In this document: one piece after another, positions 1 through 9,518 of the stretch
How positions within the stretch are numbered: position 1 is the stretch's first letter
Layout of the letters: each line of letters starts with the position of its first letter
Source of the DNA: Patescibacteria group bacterium
GTDB taxonomy: Bacteria; Patescibacteriota; Patescibacteriia; Magasanikbacterales; GWA2-37-8
Assembly: GCA_028688375.1 (NCBI GenBank)
Contig: JAQTYG010000001.1
Span: 99,345-163,344, forward strand
DNA: 64,000 nt
Direction of reading: 5' to 3'
Notes under the pieces: generated by a model
Database searches by the model: none
Seen by the model: the letters and a program-made list of their open reading frames with translations, nothing else
What the model was told of the DNA's origin: nothing
Program-made: the position numbers and the translations under genes

Positions 1-143
1 CTGATGCCGATTTAATCGGCCTGCCCTATCGGGTGATTGTTTCCGCCAAAACATTAGCGGAAAAATCCGTGGAAATTAAAAAACGAGACGCGGTGGAAGC
101 CAAATTAGTGGCGACAAAATCTCTGCTTAAAGAACTTGCTTAA
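1..143 (+). CDS. Partial CDS (3' end): class II aminoacyl-tRNA synthetase C-terminal anticodon-binding domain, possibly prolyl-tRNA synthetase
   Basis: Frame 3 reads ...DADLIGLPYRVIVSAKTLAEKSVEIKKRDAVEAKLVATKSLLKELA*, which resembles the C-terminal tail of ProS/class IIa synthetases. The stop codon is at 141-143. Confidence 0.4.
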   Translation, partial: DADLIGLPYRVIVSAKTLAEKSVEIKKRDAVEAKLVATKSLLKELA

Positions 144-149
144 TATTTC

Positions 150-1274
150 ATGAACGTTATCGTTCACTTTGACGAAATTTTTCTCAAAGGCAACAATCAG
201 GGAACGTTTACCAAAAAGCTGGCTGATAATATCCGCCGGCTTTTTAAAGGCGTCACCGCGCGTCGGGTGGAGGGAGGCTTTGTGTTGGAAGGACTTAAAG
301 AAAATGAATGGGACCGTTTGGCCAATATTCCCGGTATAGCCAAATACGCGGCGGCTAAAGAATGTAAGCGCGATCTGGACTCCATCAAAAAAATTCTTTC
401 TGGTTGGCCGATTGATCCCACGGCTAAAACATTCCGGATTTCCGCTTCGCGCGCGGATAAAAGTTATAAGCTGACTTCTGAAGAAATTAATCGCGAACTC
501 GGCCGATTTATCGGAGAGACGCGCGGGCTAAAAGTAAATTTGCACGACTTTGATCTTAATCTGCACGTGGATATCGGTCGGACGAAAGCGATTATTTACG
601 AGAAAATGTCCGAGGGCGCCGGCGGTTTGCCGGTAGGCACGGCCGGCAGAGTGCTCTGTTTGCTTTCCGGCGGGATAGACAGCCCGGTGGCCGCTTACAA
701 AATGATGCTACGAGGCGCGGAAGTGGAATTGATCCATTTTCAAAATCAAACCCAGGTGACGGAAGAAGTTTCGGAAAAAATTATTGACCTGGCTAAAGTG
801 CTGGCGCGTTATCAACCGAGAATCAAATTAACGATTGTGCCGTTCGGTGATTGGCAGAAACAGATCATTATGAAAATTCCGGCTGATTACCGAATGTTGG
901 CCAGCCGGCGGTTGATGTTTAAAATCTCGGCCAAAACCGCGGTTGGTGATGGGTGTCAGGCGTTGGTGGTGGGCGATAGTTTGGGGCAAGTGGCGTCTCA
1001 GACACTGGAAAATATGAGCGTGGTGTATGAAGCGGTCACGATGCTTAAATTCGCTCCATTAATCGGCGCCAACAAAAGCGAGATCGTAAAATTGGCCCGG
1101 CGGATCGGTACACTGGATATTTCCAGCCGGCCGTACGAAGATTGTTGTTCGTTATTTGTAGCCAAACATCCGAAAACAAAAGCGAAAATCGGGGAGGTAT
1201 TAAAACTGGAAAAAACCCTGGATTTGTCCGCCCTTGACAATGTTCGAGGAATATCATACTATATTAGTATATAA
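150..1274 (+). CDS. thiI: tRNA 4-thiouridine(8) synthase / tRNA sulfurtransferase ThiI
   Basis: 374 aa. It has a THUMP-like N-terminus and the PP-loop motif LLSGGIDSPVAAY, and sits next to the iscS operon. Confidence 0.8.
   Translation: MNVIVHFDEIFLKGNNQGTFTKKLADNIRRLFKGVTARRVEGGFVLEGLKENEWDRLANIPGIAKYAAAKECKRDLDSIKKILSGWPIDPTAKTFRISASRADKSYKLTSEEINRELGRFIGETRGLKVNLHDFDLNLHVDIGRTKAIIYEKMSEGAGGLPVGTAGRVLCLLSGGIDSPVAAYKMMLRGAEVELIHFQNQTQVTEEVSEKIIDLAKVLARYQPRIKLTIVPFGDWQKQIIMKIPADYRMLASRRLMFKISAKTAVGDGCQALVVGDSLGQVASQTLENMSVVYEAVTMLKFAPLIGANKSEIVKLARRIGTLDISSRPYEDCCSLFVAKHPKTKAKIGEVLKLEKTLDLSALDNVRGISYYISI
1234..1262 (+). promoter_or_regulatory. Putative sigma70-type promoter inside the thiI 3' end (TTGACA-17-TACTAT) for the downstream exonuclease gene
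   Basis: TTGACA at 1234-1239, a 17-nt spacer, then TACTAT at 1257-1262. Confidence 0.35.
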
Positions 1275-1275
1275 T

Positions 1276-1857
1276 ATGTCCAAAGAGATAGTGTTTGACA
1301 TCGAAACCCAGAACAGTTTTGCCGAGGTGGATAACGACATGAAGAAATTCAAAATCTCCGTGGTCTCCATCTACCGTTACGAAACCGGCGAATTTGAGAG
1401 CTTTTTGGAATCAGAACTGGGTCGGCTGTGGCCGATTTTGGAGAAAGCCGACCGCTTGATCGGCTACAACAGTGAGCATTTTGATCTGCCCATCATGCAG
1501 AATTATTACCCGGGCGACCTGCTCAAAATTCCACATTTGGATATTATGAAGCATGTTAAGGCCGGCTTGGGCATCCGACTTAAATTGGACGATTTAGCTC
1601 AAGCGACCTTAGACGACGTTAAAAAGAGCGCTGACGGTATGCAAGCGATTCGCTGGTGGAAAGAAGGAAAAATTGATGAGATAAAAAAATACTGTGAACA
1701 AGATGTCGATATTACCAAAAAGATTTACGAATTCGGTCGGGACAATCGCCAGTTGTTTTATAAAAGCCTGACCGGCGACATTACGCCCTTTGCCGTGGAT
1801 TTTACACCCGCGGTTCAATTGGACAAAAATAAAATTAATTTAACTTTGCCATTTTAA
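1276..1857 (+). CDS. DEDDy-type 3'-5' exonuclease, RNase H-like superfamily (stand-alone proofreading-like domain)
   Basis: The three exonuclease motifs are present: Exo I VFDIETQN, Exo II YNSEHFDLPIM, Exo III YCEQDVDITKKIY. The likely start is the ATG at 1276 (MSKEIVFDIET...). Confidence 0.55.
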   Translation: MSKEIVFDIETQNSFAEVDNDMKKFKISVVSIYRYETGEFESFLESELGRLWPILEKADRLIGYNSEHFDLPIMQNYYPGDLLKIPHLDIMKHVKAGLGIRLKLDDLAQATLDDVKKSADGMQAIRWWKEGKIDEIKKYCEQDVDITKKIYEFGRDNRQLFYKSLTGDITPFAVDFTPAVQLDKNKINLTLPF

Positions 1858-1858
1858 T

Positions 1859-2260
1859 ATGTTGACCTTGCGCCGAGAAACCGATTACGCCATTCACATG
1901 TTGAAACATTTAGCCAAAAACAAAGTCGGCTATGTTAGTTTGCGCGAATTGGCCGAAGACACCGGAATTTCTTTTCTGTTTCTACAAAAAATCGCCCGCA
2001 AAATGCGCCAAGCGCGCCTGATTAAAGCCGGCGCCGGCGTGAGCGGGGGATATTGTTTGAATATTCCGGCTGAGCGCGTCACTTTGAAAAAAATTATTGT
2101 GGCGGTGGAAGGTTCAGCGGCCATTCTGCCATGTATGTGCGCGAACAAAAGCGCCCATTGTAAAGGCAAAGGCGAAAAATGCGCGCTGAAACAAAAACTG
2201 GCCAAGGTCAACAAGCAAATCGATAGCTTGTTTGATAAAATGAAATTGACGGACATGTAA
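1859..2260 (+). CDS. iscR: Rrf2 family transcriptional regulator (IscR-like)
   Basis: The N-terminal wHTH (LRRETDYAIHMLKHLA...VSLRELAEDTGIS) is followed by Cys residues (CMCANKSAHC). It lies immediately upstream of iscS. Confidence 0.7.
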   Translation: MLTLRRETDYAIHMLKHLAKNKVGYVSLRELAEDTGISFLFLQKIARKMRQARLIKAGAGVSGGYCLNIPAERVTLKKIIVAVEGSAAILPCMCANKSAHCKGKGEKCALKQKLAKVNKQIDSLFDKMKLTDM

Positions 2261-2261
2261 T

Positions 2262-3476
2262 ATGTTGCCTAAACCGAAAAAAATAAAAAAGATTTATCTG
2301 GACCACGCCGCTACCACGCCGGTTGACGAGCGGGTTTTTTCGGCCATGAAACCGTATTTTATGAAAGAATTCGGCAATCCTTCGGCTTTATATAATTTAG
2401 GCCGTACCGCGCAAACCGCCGTGACTGAAGCGCGAAAAAAAATCGCCGGACTGCTCCACGCCCTGCCGGAGAATATTATTTTTACCGGGAGCGGTTCGGA
2501 ATCGGATAATTTAGCCATTTTGGGCGTGGTCAAAGCGCATCAGCACAAAGGCAAACATATTGTTTCCCTGGGCATTGAACACCATGCTGTCCTGCGCCCG
2601 TTGGAAGATTTGGCCAAAAACGGTTTTGCCGTAACTTATGTGCCGGTAGGAAAAGATGGTTTGGTGGATGTCGAAGCCGTAGTAAAGGCTATTCGTCCGG
2701 AGACGATTTTAGTGACTATAATGTACGCTAATAACGAAATGGGCGCGATTCAGCCGATCGCCGAGATTGGGCGGGAAATTTTAAAATATCGCAAAGCCCA
2801 TAATACGATTTATCCTTTTTGGCACAGTGACGCCTGCCAGGCCTCGGAATATCTGGATTTGGATGTGGAAAAATTACATGTAGATTTGATGACGTTAAAC
2901 GGCAGTAAAATGTATGGACCGAAAGGCGTGGGTATGTTGTATCTGCGTCGTGGAGTGTCAATCAAGCCGTTAATTTTAGGCGGTGGACAGGAGAAATCTC
3001 GCCGAGCCGGCACGGAAAATGTTCCGGCAATCGTTGGGTTGGCTAAAGCGTTGGAATTGGCGCAAAAAGATAAAGCCAAAGAATCGGCGCGTTTGCGCGA
3101 GCTGACGGCGTATTTTTGGAAAAAAATTCAGGAAAAAATTCCCGATGTTCGGCTTAACGGTCCGGCGATCGGGGAAAGCCGCCTGCCGAACAATCTCAAC
3201 GTTACTTTTATGAATATCGAAGGCGAGGCTATGCTTTTGTACTTGGACGAATATGGTATAATGTGCTCCACCGGTTCGGCCTGCACTTCGGAATCGCTGG
3301 AACCGTCGCACGTGTTGCGCGCCATGGGGATGCCCTTTGAGATGGCGCACGGCAGTTTGCGTTTTACTTTTGGCCACAGCAACACCAGAGCCGACATTGA
3401 TTATATTCTGAAATATCTGCCGGCCGTGGTGGCCCAATTGCGTGAAATGAGCCCGATGCAATCACAAAAACATTAA
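2262..3476 (+). CDS. iscS: Cysteine desulfurase (class V aminotransferase, IscS/NifS)
   Basis: 404 aa, starts IYLDHAATTPVDERV and has the C-terminal active-site loop SSGSACTSESLEPSHVLRAMG. Confidence 0.9.
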   Translation: MLPKPKKIKKIYLDHAATTPVDERVFSAMKPYFMKEFGNPSALYNLGRTAQTAVTEARKKIAGLLHALPENIIFTGSGSESDNLAILGVVKAHQHKGKHIVSLGIEHHAVLRPLEDLAKNGFAVTYVPVGKDGLVDVEAVVKAIRPETILVTIMYANNEMGAIQPIAEIGREILKYRKAHNTIYPFWHSDACQASEYLDLDVEKLHVDLMTLNGSKMYGPKGVGMLYLRRGVSIKPLILGGGQEKSRRAGTENVPAIVGLAKALELAQKDKAKESARLRELTAYFWKKIQEKIPDVRLNGPAIGESRLPNNLNVTFMNIEGEAMLLYLDEYGIMCSTGSACTSESLEPSHVLRAMGMPFEMAHGSLRFTFGHSNTRADIDYILKYLPAVVAQLREMSPMQSQKH

Positions 3477-3479
3477 AAT

Positions 3480-4148
3480 ATGAAGACGCAAAAGAATAAA
3501 AAAATAAAATCAGCGGATGTTCGCGGTCAAAAGGGCGAGAGTTGGTTATATTCGGATGTAGTCAAAGAGCATTTCTTCAACCCGCGTAATTTCATGCATT
3601 ACGACGAGGAGAAAAAGTTTAAATTTAATGCCACCGGCCGGGTCGGTTCGCCGGCTTGCGGAGATGAAATGGTGCTGTGGTTGAAGATTGACCCTAAAAC
3701 GGAAAAAATTAAAGATTGCCGTTGGCGCACTTTTGGTTGCGGTTCGGCGATTGCTTCCACCTCCGTCATGAGCGAAATGGTAAAGGAAAAAGGCGGAATG
3801 AAACTGGACGACGCGCTAAAAATTACGCCCAATGATATAATGAAACGGCTGGGTGGGTTGCCGGATCGTAAAATCCACTGTTCAGTGCTCGGCGACAAAG
3901 CTTTGCAGGCGGCGATCAACGATTATTTCCGCCAAACAAAACAGCATAAACGCATCATAACCGCCGGCGCTAAGGTCATTGATAAAGATTTAAATATTAC
4001 CGACCACGATATTGAGGAGGCGGTGCTGGAAGGCGCGCATACGATTGAGGACGTACAAAAACGTTTGAAAGTCGGCGTGGCCAAACCGGAAGCCAAAGAG
4101 GCGATCGAGGAGTTGATTCGTTTTTATTGGGAAAAATATTTTAGTTAA
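3480..4148 (+). CDS. iscU: Fe-S cluster assembly scaffold NifU/IscU with a C-terminal extension
   Basis: Carries the three conserved scaffold Cys (SPACGDEM, FGCGSAIAST, IHCSV). About 90 aa of C-terminal extension has no Cys. Confidence 0.85.
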   Translation: MKTQKNKKIKSADVRGQKGESWLYSDVVKEHFFNPRNFMHYDEEKKFKFNATGRVGSPACGDEMVLWLKIDPKTEKIKDCRWRTFGCGSAIASTSVMSEMVKEKGGMKLDDALKITPNDIMKRLGGLPDRKIHCSVLGDKALQAAINDYFRQTKQHKRIITAGAKVIDKDLNITDHDIEEAVLEGAHTIEDVQKRLKVGVAKPEAKEAIEELIRFYWEKYFS

Positions 4149-4164
4149 TTAATTCATATTTCTT

Positions 4165-4347
4165 ATGACACCAAAAGTGGATAAAGAAAAATGCATCGGC
4201 TGCGGCGCCTGCGTTGCGGTAGCGCCGAACACCTTCGCCATGGGCGATGACGGCAAGTCTGAAGTTACTAACCCGACCGGCGATCCGGAAGCGACGATCC
4301 AGTCCGCTGTTGACGGTTGTCCGGTTCAGGCGATTACACTGGAATAA
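4165..4347 (+). CDS. Small 4Fe-4S ferredoxin
   Basis: 60 aa with CIGCGACVAVAP...CPV, a single-cluster ferredoxin pattern. Confidence 0.7.
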   Translation: MTPKVDKEKCIGCGACVAVAPNTFAMGDDGKSEVTNPTGDPEATIQSAVDGCPVQAITLE

Positions 4348-4363
4348 AGCGTTTAATAAGGAG

Positions 4364-4391
4364 AACGCCCCGCATTCGCGGGGTGTTTTTC
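4364..4391 (+). terminator. Rho-independent terminator after the isc-ferredoxin operon
   Basis: GC stem CCCCGC-attc-GCGGGG followed by TGTTTTT. Confidence 0.7.
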
Positions 4392-4431
4392 ATTTGCTTT
4401 TTTACCGCTTTTTTGGCATAATACCGTCATT

Positions 4432-5103
4432 ATGTCCAACGGAAAACTATATATTGTCGCCACGCCGATCGGGAATCTCGGCGATATCACCCTACGCGCG
4501 CTGGAAACGCTGAAAAGCGTTGATTATATATTATGCGAAGACACGCGCGTGACCAAAAATCTTTTGGCCCATTTTAAAATTAGCAAATCGCTGGTGAGCT
4601 ATCATCAGCATAGCGATTTGAAAAAAACTAAAGAAATTACGCAGTTACTGCAAGCAGGCAAAAACTTGGCGCTGGTTACTGACGCCGGCACACCGGGCAT
4701 CTCCGACCCGGGGAATTTGCTGATTGCCGAATTGGTCAAGGCCGGCGTGAAAGAGATTATTCCGATTCCGGGCGCCAGCGCGGCCATCTCCGCTTTATCC
4801 ATTTCCGGTTTTCCCACGGACAAGTTTGTTTTTATGGGTTTTCCGCCACAAAAAAACAAACGACAAAAATATTTTCAGGAAGTGGCCGATTGCCAATACA
4901 CCGCGGTTTTCTACGAATCCGGCCATCGCATTAAAAAATGTCTGGACGAATTAAAAAATGTGCTTGACGCAAAACGTCAAATTATCGTTTGCCGTGAGCT
5001 GACCAAAATGTTTGAAACTATTTATCGCGGTACCATTGCCGAAGTGTTCGAAGAAATGAAAGACGAGAGAGGGGAGTTTGTTGTGATTATTTCAAAAAAA
5101 TAA
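4432..5103 (+). CDS. rsmI: 16S rRNA (cytidine1402-2'-O)-methyltransferase RsmI
   Basis: Tetrapyrrole-methylase fold with the start LYIVATPIGNLGDITLRALETLKSVDYILCEDTR. Confidence 0.85.
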   Translation: MSNGKLYIVATPIGNLGDITLRALETLKSVDYILCEDTRVTKNLLAHFKISKSLVSYHQHSDLKKTKEITQLLQAGKNLALVTDAGTPGISDPGNLLIAELVKAGVKEIIPIPGASAAISALSISGFPTDKFVFMGFPPQKNKRQKYFQEVADCQYTAVFYESGHRIKKCLDELKNVLDAKRQIIVCRELTKMFETIYRGTIAEVFEEMKDERGEFVVIISKK

Positions 5104-5110
5104 TATTTTT

Positions 5111-6640
5111 ATGTCAAAATACTACATCACCACCGCCATTCCTTACGCCAATGATAATCCGCACATCGGGCACGCGATTTTGTTTTTGTATGCCGATGTC
5201 ATGGCGCGCTATCAGCGAATTTTGGGTAAAGAGGTATATTTTTTGATCGGCACCGACGAACATGGCCAAAAGATGCTCAAAGCGGCCAAAGAGCACGGCG
5301 TGCCGGTGGCGGATTATTGTAGCGCCAAATCGGCTGTTTTTCAGAACCTGGCCGATCAATGGAATATTACTAACGACGATTTTATCCGCACCACGGAAAA
5401 ACGCCACATGGACGCGGCGCAAAAATTTTGGCAAGAGGCCGAGGCGAGCGGGGATATTTATAAAAAGAAATATTCCGGTTTGTATTGCGTCGGCTGTGAG
5501 GCCTACAAAACAGAAAAGGATTTGGTGGACGGTAAATGCCCCGACCATCAGAAAGAGCCCGAGATTTTAGAAGAAGAAAATTATTTTTTCCGTTTATCCA
5601 AATATCAGGAACCGCTGGAATTACTTTTTGCCCAGCATCCGGAATTTGTTTATCCGCAAAATCGTTATAACGAAATGCTGAATATTTTAAAAAACGGCTT
5701 GGAGGATATCAGCGTTTCCCGCGCCACCGATAAGCTCACCTGGGGCATCCCGGTGCCGGGCGATGACTCGCAGGTGATGTATGTTTGGTTTGATGCGCTA
5801 ACCAATTACATTACCGCGTTGGGTTATGGGTCAAAAAACGACAAACTTTTTAAAAAATATTGGCCGGCGGACGCGCACGTGATCGGCAAGGAAATCAATC
5901 GCTTCCATTCTTTGCTTTGGTCGGCGATGTTAATGTCCGCGGGCGTGGAATTGCCGAAAATGATCGCCGCCCACGGTTGGATTACCATCGACGGACAGAA
6001 AATGAGCAAGTCCATCGGCAATGTCATTGACCCGCTGAAAATGTCATCCGATTATCCGGTGGACGCGGTGCGGTATTTCTTTATGCGTGAATTGCCGTTT
6101 GACAGTGACGGCGATTATTCCGAAGACAAATTTATCGCCCGTTACAACGGCGATTTGGCTAACGGCATCGGCAATTTAACCAACCGTATTTTAGTAATGA
6201 TTGAAAAATATTGCGCCGGCACCGTGCCCAAAGTAAAAAATGTTGACCATAGCCTGATTGATTTTCTGAAAAATGAAATTTGGCCGGCTTATGAAGAAGG
6301 GATGGGAAAATTCCGGTTTGATCGGGCGATGGAAACAGTCTGGAAATATATTACGCATTGCGATCAAAAAATTTCCGATTCACAGCCTTGGGCCATGGCC
6401 AAAGCCGGCAAAACCGAGGAAGTGAACGATCTGCTATACCATTTAGCCGAATCTTTGCGCCAAATCGCTGTCATGATTTGGCCGGTGATGCCGGAGACCG
6501 CGGAAAAAATCATCACCCAGCTTGGTCTGGATACGGCCGAAGAATTTGCCAAACCACTTGAGGAATTGAAAAATTGGGTGGAATTAACCGTGGGAAAAAA
6601 TATCCAAACACCCGAACCGCTATTTCCGCGTTTGGAATAG
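5111..6640 (+). CDS. metG: Methionyl-tRNA synthetase
   Basis: HIGH-type motif PHIGHA, the KMSKS motif KMSKSIGN and Cys knuckles (CVGCEAY...CPDH). Confidence 0.9.
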   Translation: MSKYYITTAIPYANDNPHIGHAILFLYADVMARYQRILGKEVYFLIGTDEHGQKMLKAAKEHGVPVADYCSAKSAVFQNLADQWNITNDDFIRTTEKRHMDAAQKFWQEAEASGDIYKKKYSGLYCVGCEAYKTEKDLVDGKCPDHQKEPEILEEENYFFRLSKYQEPLELLFAQHPEFVYPQNRYNEMLNILKNGLEDISVSRATDKLTWGIPVPGDDSQVMYVWFDALTNYITALGYGSKNDKLFKKYWPADAHVIGKEINRFHSLLWSAMLMSAGVELPKMIAAHGWITIDGQKMSKSIGNVIDPLKMSSDYPVDAVRYFFMRELPFDSDGDYSEDKFIARYNGDLANGIGNLTNRILVMIEKYCAGTVPKVKNVDHSLIDFLKNEIWPAYEEGMGKFRFDRAMETVWKYITHCDQKISDSQPWAMAKAGKTEEVNDLLYHLAESLRQIAVMIWPVMPETAEKIITQLGLDTAEEFAKPLEELKNWVELTVGKNIQTPEPLFPRLE

Positions 6641-6678
6641 GCGTTCTTTGAAAAAATATTTTGGGGTAAGGAGAACCA

Positions 6679-7056
6679 ATGGGAGATGAGTCCCGGAAAG
6701 GAGTAATCACGATGGGTCTTGAACCTTTTGCCTTGCTTCGTGATTACTTGAAAAAATCACAAGCACTCGACCGATGCGATAAAAGGAACATTTCTTTTTA
6801 TCGCATTTTGCTCACCGATAAGGAGGACATTCAATTTGAGGTAAAAGCTCGCGCCGAAGAAATGGAGCGGGTCCTGCGCGAAGAGTTTTATCGCATACCG
6901 CGCGGCATCAGCGCCAAAGACCCGCTATTTTCTCGCGCGCTTTTCATCGTTTACACCGAATGGTTGAGCATGGTCGGAGCGTTGCCGGAAAAAAATCGGC
7001 AAAATCTCGCCGACCTGGTCGCCAGCGCCAAACGTATTTTGGCGGAAGAAACCTGA
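6679..7056 (+). CDS. Hypothetical protein
   Basis: 125-aa ORF with AAGGAG upstream and no recognisable motif. The stem-loop GGCCACTG-ttcctc-CAGTGGCC lies downstream at about 7069-7100. Confidence 0.35.
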   Translation: MGDESRKGVITMGLEPFALLRDYLKKSQALDRCDKRNISFYRILLTDKEDIQFEVKARAEEMERVLREEFYRIPRGISAKDPLFSRALFIVYTEWLSMVGALPEKNRQNLADLVASAKRILAEET

Positions 7057-7149
7057 CTCTTTTCCCACCCACCGGCCACTGTTCCTCAGTGGCCCCTTTA
7101 CCCAAAAATATTTATTCCGACTGAAACGTCGGAATTAATAACATTTTTT

Positions 7150-7671
7150 ATGTCCTTCTTCGACCTCGTCCTCCTCATAATTATCGTCGGTTTTGGCCTG
7201 GCCGGCCTATGGTTTGGTTTGGTGCAATCAATCGGTTCGTTGGTCGGCACGGTACTGGGCGTTTATTTAGCCTTTAGTTATTACGCGCCGGTCGCCAGCT
7301 GGATTATGGCCACTACCGGTTGGCAGGGGAACATTACGCGATTGGTGGTTTTTGTCGTCGCTTTTGTTTTAATTAATCGTTTGGTGGGTTTGGTTTTTTG
7401 GTTGCTCAACAAAATTTTTGGCTGGTTCACCCGTCTGCCTTTCATTAATTCCGTCAATCGGATGCTTGGTTTGGCCTTTGGGCTGATCGAAGGCGCTATG
7501 ATCGTCGGCGTGACTCTTTATTTTATCGCGCGCTTTCCGCTGGGGGCCAACTTTATGTCGGCCTTGTCCGCGTCAAAAGTCGCGCCATATTTAGATAGTT
7601 TAATTTCGGTATTGAAGCCGTTTATTCCGGAAGCGATTAAAATCGTTAAAAGTACGATCGGTTTATTTTAA
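7150..7671 (+). CDS. CvpA family membrane protein
   Basis: 173 aa with 4 predicted TM helices and an N-terminus (FFDLVLLIIIVGFGLAGLWFG) typical of CvpA. Confidence 0.55.
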   Translation: MSFFDLVLLIIIVGFGLAGLWFGLVQSIGSLVGTVLGVYLAFSYYAPVASWIMATTGWQGNITRLVVFVVAFVLINRLVGLVFWLLNKIFGWFTRLPFINSVNRMLGLAFGLIEGAMIVGVTLYFIARFPLGANFMSALSASKVAPYLDSLISVLKPFIPEAIKIVKSTIGLF

Positions 7672-7672
7672 T

Positions 7673-9517
7673 ATGCGTCGAATATTTTTAGCCTCGGCCA
7701 TTTGTTTTGTTTTTATTTTAAGCGGCTGTCAGGCCGACTGGTCGTTATATCCGAACGATAAAATTTTAACGTCAAAAAATAATCCGCCGGCAGCCGAGGC
7801 GACGAATAGCAAAGAACCGCTGTCATACAATACCAACGCCGACGGGCCGATGTATGAAATATTTTTAAAGCAAGCCAAAGAGGTGGGGGATATCGGCCCG
7901 GTGCGTGGCGCCATCGTTCCGCACCATTTGGTCGGTGGCTATATTCCCGCCACTCTGTTCACTTATTTAGCCAAGCAAAAACCTTCCCTTGTGGTTTTGT
8001 TCGGGCCGAATCATTTTAATCGCGGTGAGGCCAAGGTAATTACTTCGGCGCGCGATTGGCAGACCCAGTTGGGCGTGGTGAAAACCGCTCAAACCGTGGC
8101 CGGAAAATTAGCCGAGCAAGGGGTGGCTAAAATTGATGAAGAAGTTTTTAAAACCGAACACTCCATTAGCGCTTTAACTCCGTTTATTGCCACCACACTG
8201 CCGAAAACTAAAATTTTACCGTTAGTATTTCCGTATTACACCGACACCGCGACGCTGGACAAACTCATCGCCGCGCTGGCGCCGTTATTACCCGACGACG
8301 CGGTTTTTGTCTCATCCATTGATTTTTCGCATTATCAAAATCCGACCATAACGGAATTTCACGACGAACTTAATCGGGCGGTAATTAAAAATTTTGCCTA
8401 CGGCAGAATCGGGGAAATGGAAATTGATTCCCCGGCCAGCGCTTATTTGCTGATGAAATTTATGGAACGCCTCGGCGCGCAAAAAGTGGTTTACGAATTA
8501 AGCGACAATTCCGCCCGGTTGATGGGCAATCCGGCGCTGGCAGAGGGGACCAGTTATTATTCGCCGTATTTTACAGCGGGAGAAAAAAGCGAAGATCGGC
8601 TGTCGTCAATGTTGTTTTTCGGCGACCTGATGCTGGACCGCAACGTTAAAAAGCAAATCGACGCGAACGGAAGCGATTATATTTTTTCCAAACTGGCCGG
8701 CGAAGAAAATCGCTTTTTTATGGGCACGGATTTGATTCACGCGAATTTGGAAGGGCCGTTTGCCGATGCGCGCCGAGCGACTACCAAAGAAATCGCTTTT
8801 CGATTTGACCCCCTGCTTTTGCCGATGTTAAAAAAATATAATTTCGGCATGTTCAGTCAAGCGAACAATCATACGCTGGATATGGGCTCGGCGGGCTTTG
8901 ATGAATCGTTAAAAAACCTTAAATCGGCCGGGTTTAATGTTTACGGAGCGCAGTATCGGATTGATGACAGCTCGATCAAAGTTAAGCAGGTCGGAGATAA
9001 CACAATTCTTTTTATTGGCTTGAACGACACTAATACTCCGGTGGATATGGAAAAAGTTAAACAGCTGATTTTACGGGGTCAGAGCATCGACGCCAACTTG
9101 GAACCGGAGTACACTATTGTTAATATCCATTGGGGGGAAGAATATAAAGAAATATCCAACACCCGCCAACGACAGTTAGCGCATGCGTTAATCGACGCGG
9201 GAGCGGACATCGTCATTGGCACCCACCCGCACGTGGTGCAAGAGATGGAAATTTATAAAAATAGACCGATTTTTTACTCGTTAGGAAATTTTGTTTTTGA
9301 TCAATATTTTTCCGTGCCGACTCAACAGGGCTTGGGTCTGGGCATAATTTTACGACGTGACACCCTGACGCTTTACCCGATTCCTTTGGAGCAAAATAAA
9401 AGCCAAGTGTCGCAAATGCTTTATGAAAAACGCGTTAAATATTTGGAAGATTGGCTGGCGAAAAGCCGGTTGGGAGAATATAAATTTACCAATAATAAAA
9501 TAATAATTAATATATAG
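7673..9517 (+). CDS. Lipoprotein fusing an N-terminal MEMO1-like (AmmeMemoRadiSam protein B-like) domain to a C-terminal CapA/PGA_cap metallophosphoesterase domain
   Basis: Has a lipobox (LSGC). MEMO motifs: GAIVPHHLVGGY, LFGPNHF, SSIDFSHYQ. CapA motifs: GTHPHVVQEMEIY, FYSLGNFVFDQ. Confidence 0.6.
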   Translation: MRRIFLASAICFVFILSGCQADWSLYPNDKILTSKNNPPAAEATNSKEPLSYNTNADGPMYEIFLKQAKEVGDIGPVRGAIVPHHLVGGYIPATLFTYLAKQKPSLVVLFGPNHFNRGEAKVITSARDWQTQLGVVKTAQTVAGKLAEQGVAKIDEEVFKTEHSISALTPFIATTLPKTKILPLVFPYYTDTATLDKLIAALAPLLPDDAVFVSSIDFSHYQNPTITEFHDELNRAVIKNFAYGRIGEMEIDSPASAYLLMKFMERLGAQKVVYELSDNSARLMGNPALAEGTSYYSPYFTAGEKSEDRLSSMLFFGDLMLDRNVKKQIDANGSDYIFSKLAGEENRFFMGTDLIHANLEGPFADARRATTKEIAFRFDPLLLPMLKKYNFGMFSQANNHTLDMGSAGFDESLKNLKSAGFNVYGAQYRIDDSSIKVKQVGDNTILFIGLNDTNTPVDMEKVKQLILRGQSIDANLEPEYTIVNIHWGEEYKEISNTRQRQLAHALIDAGADIVIGTHPHVVQEMEIYKNRPIFYSLGNFVFDQYFSVPTQQGLGLGIILRRDTLTLYPIPLEQNKSQVSQMLYEKRVKYLEDWLAKSRLGEYKFTNNKIIINI

Positions 9518-9518
9518 T

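Noticed and set aside
4247-4513. 88-aa plus-strand ORF overlapping the ferredoxin 3' end, the terminator and the rsmI start
   Set aside because: It reads through a clear Rho-independent terminator and has an Arg-rich nonsense composition.
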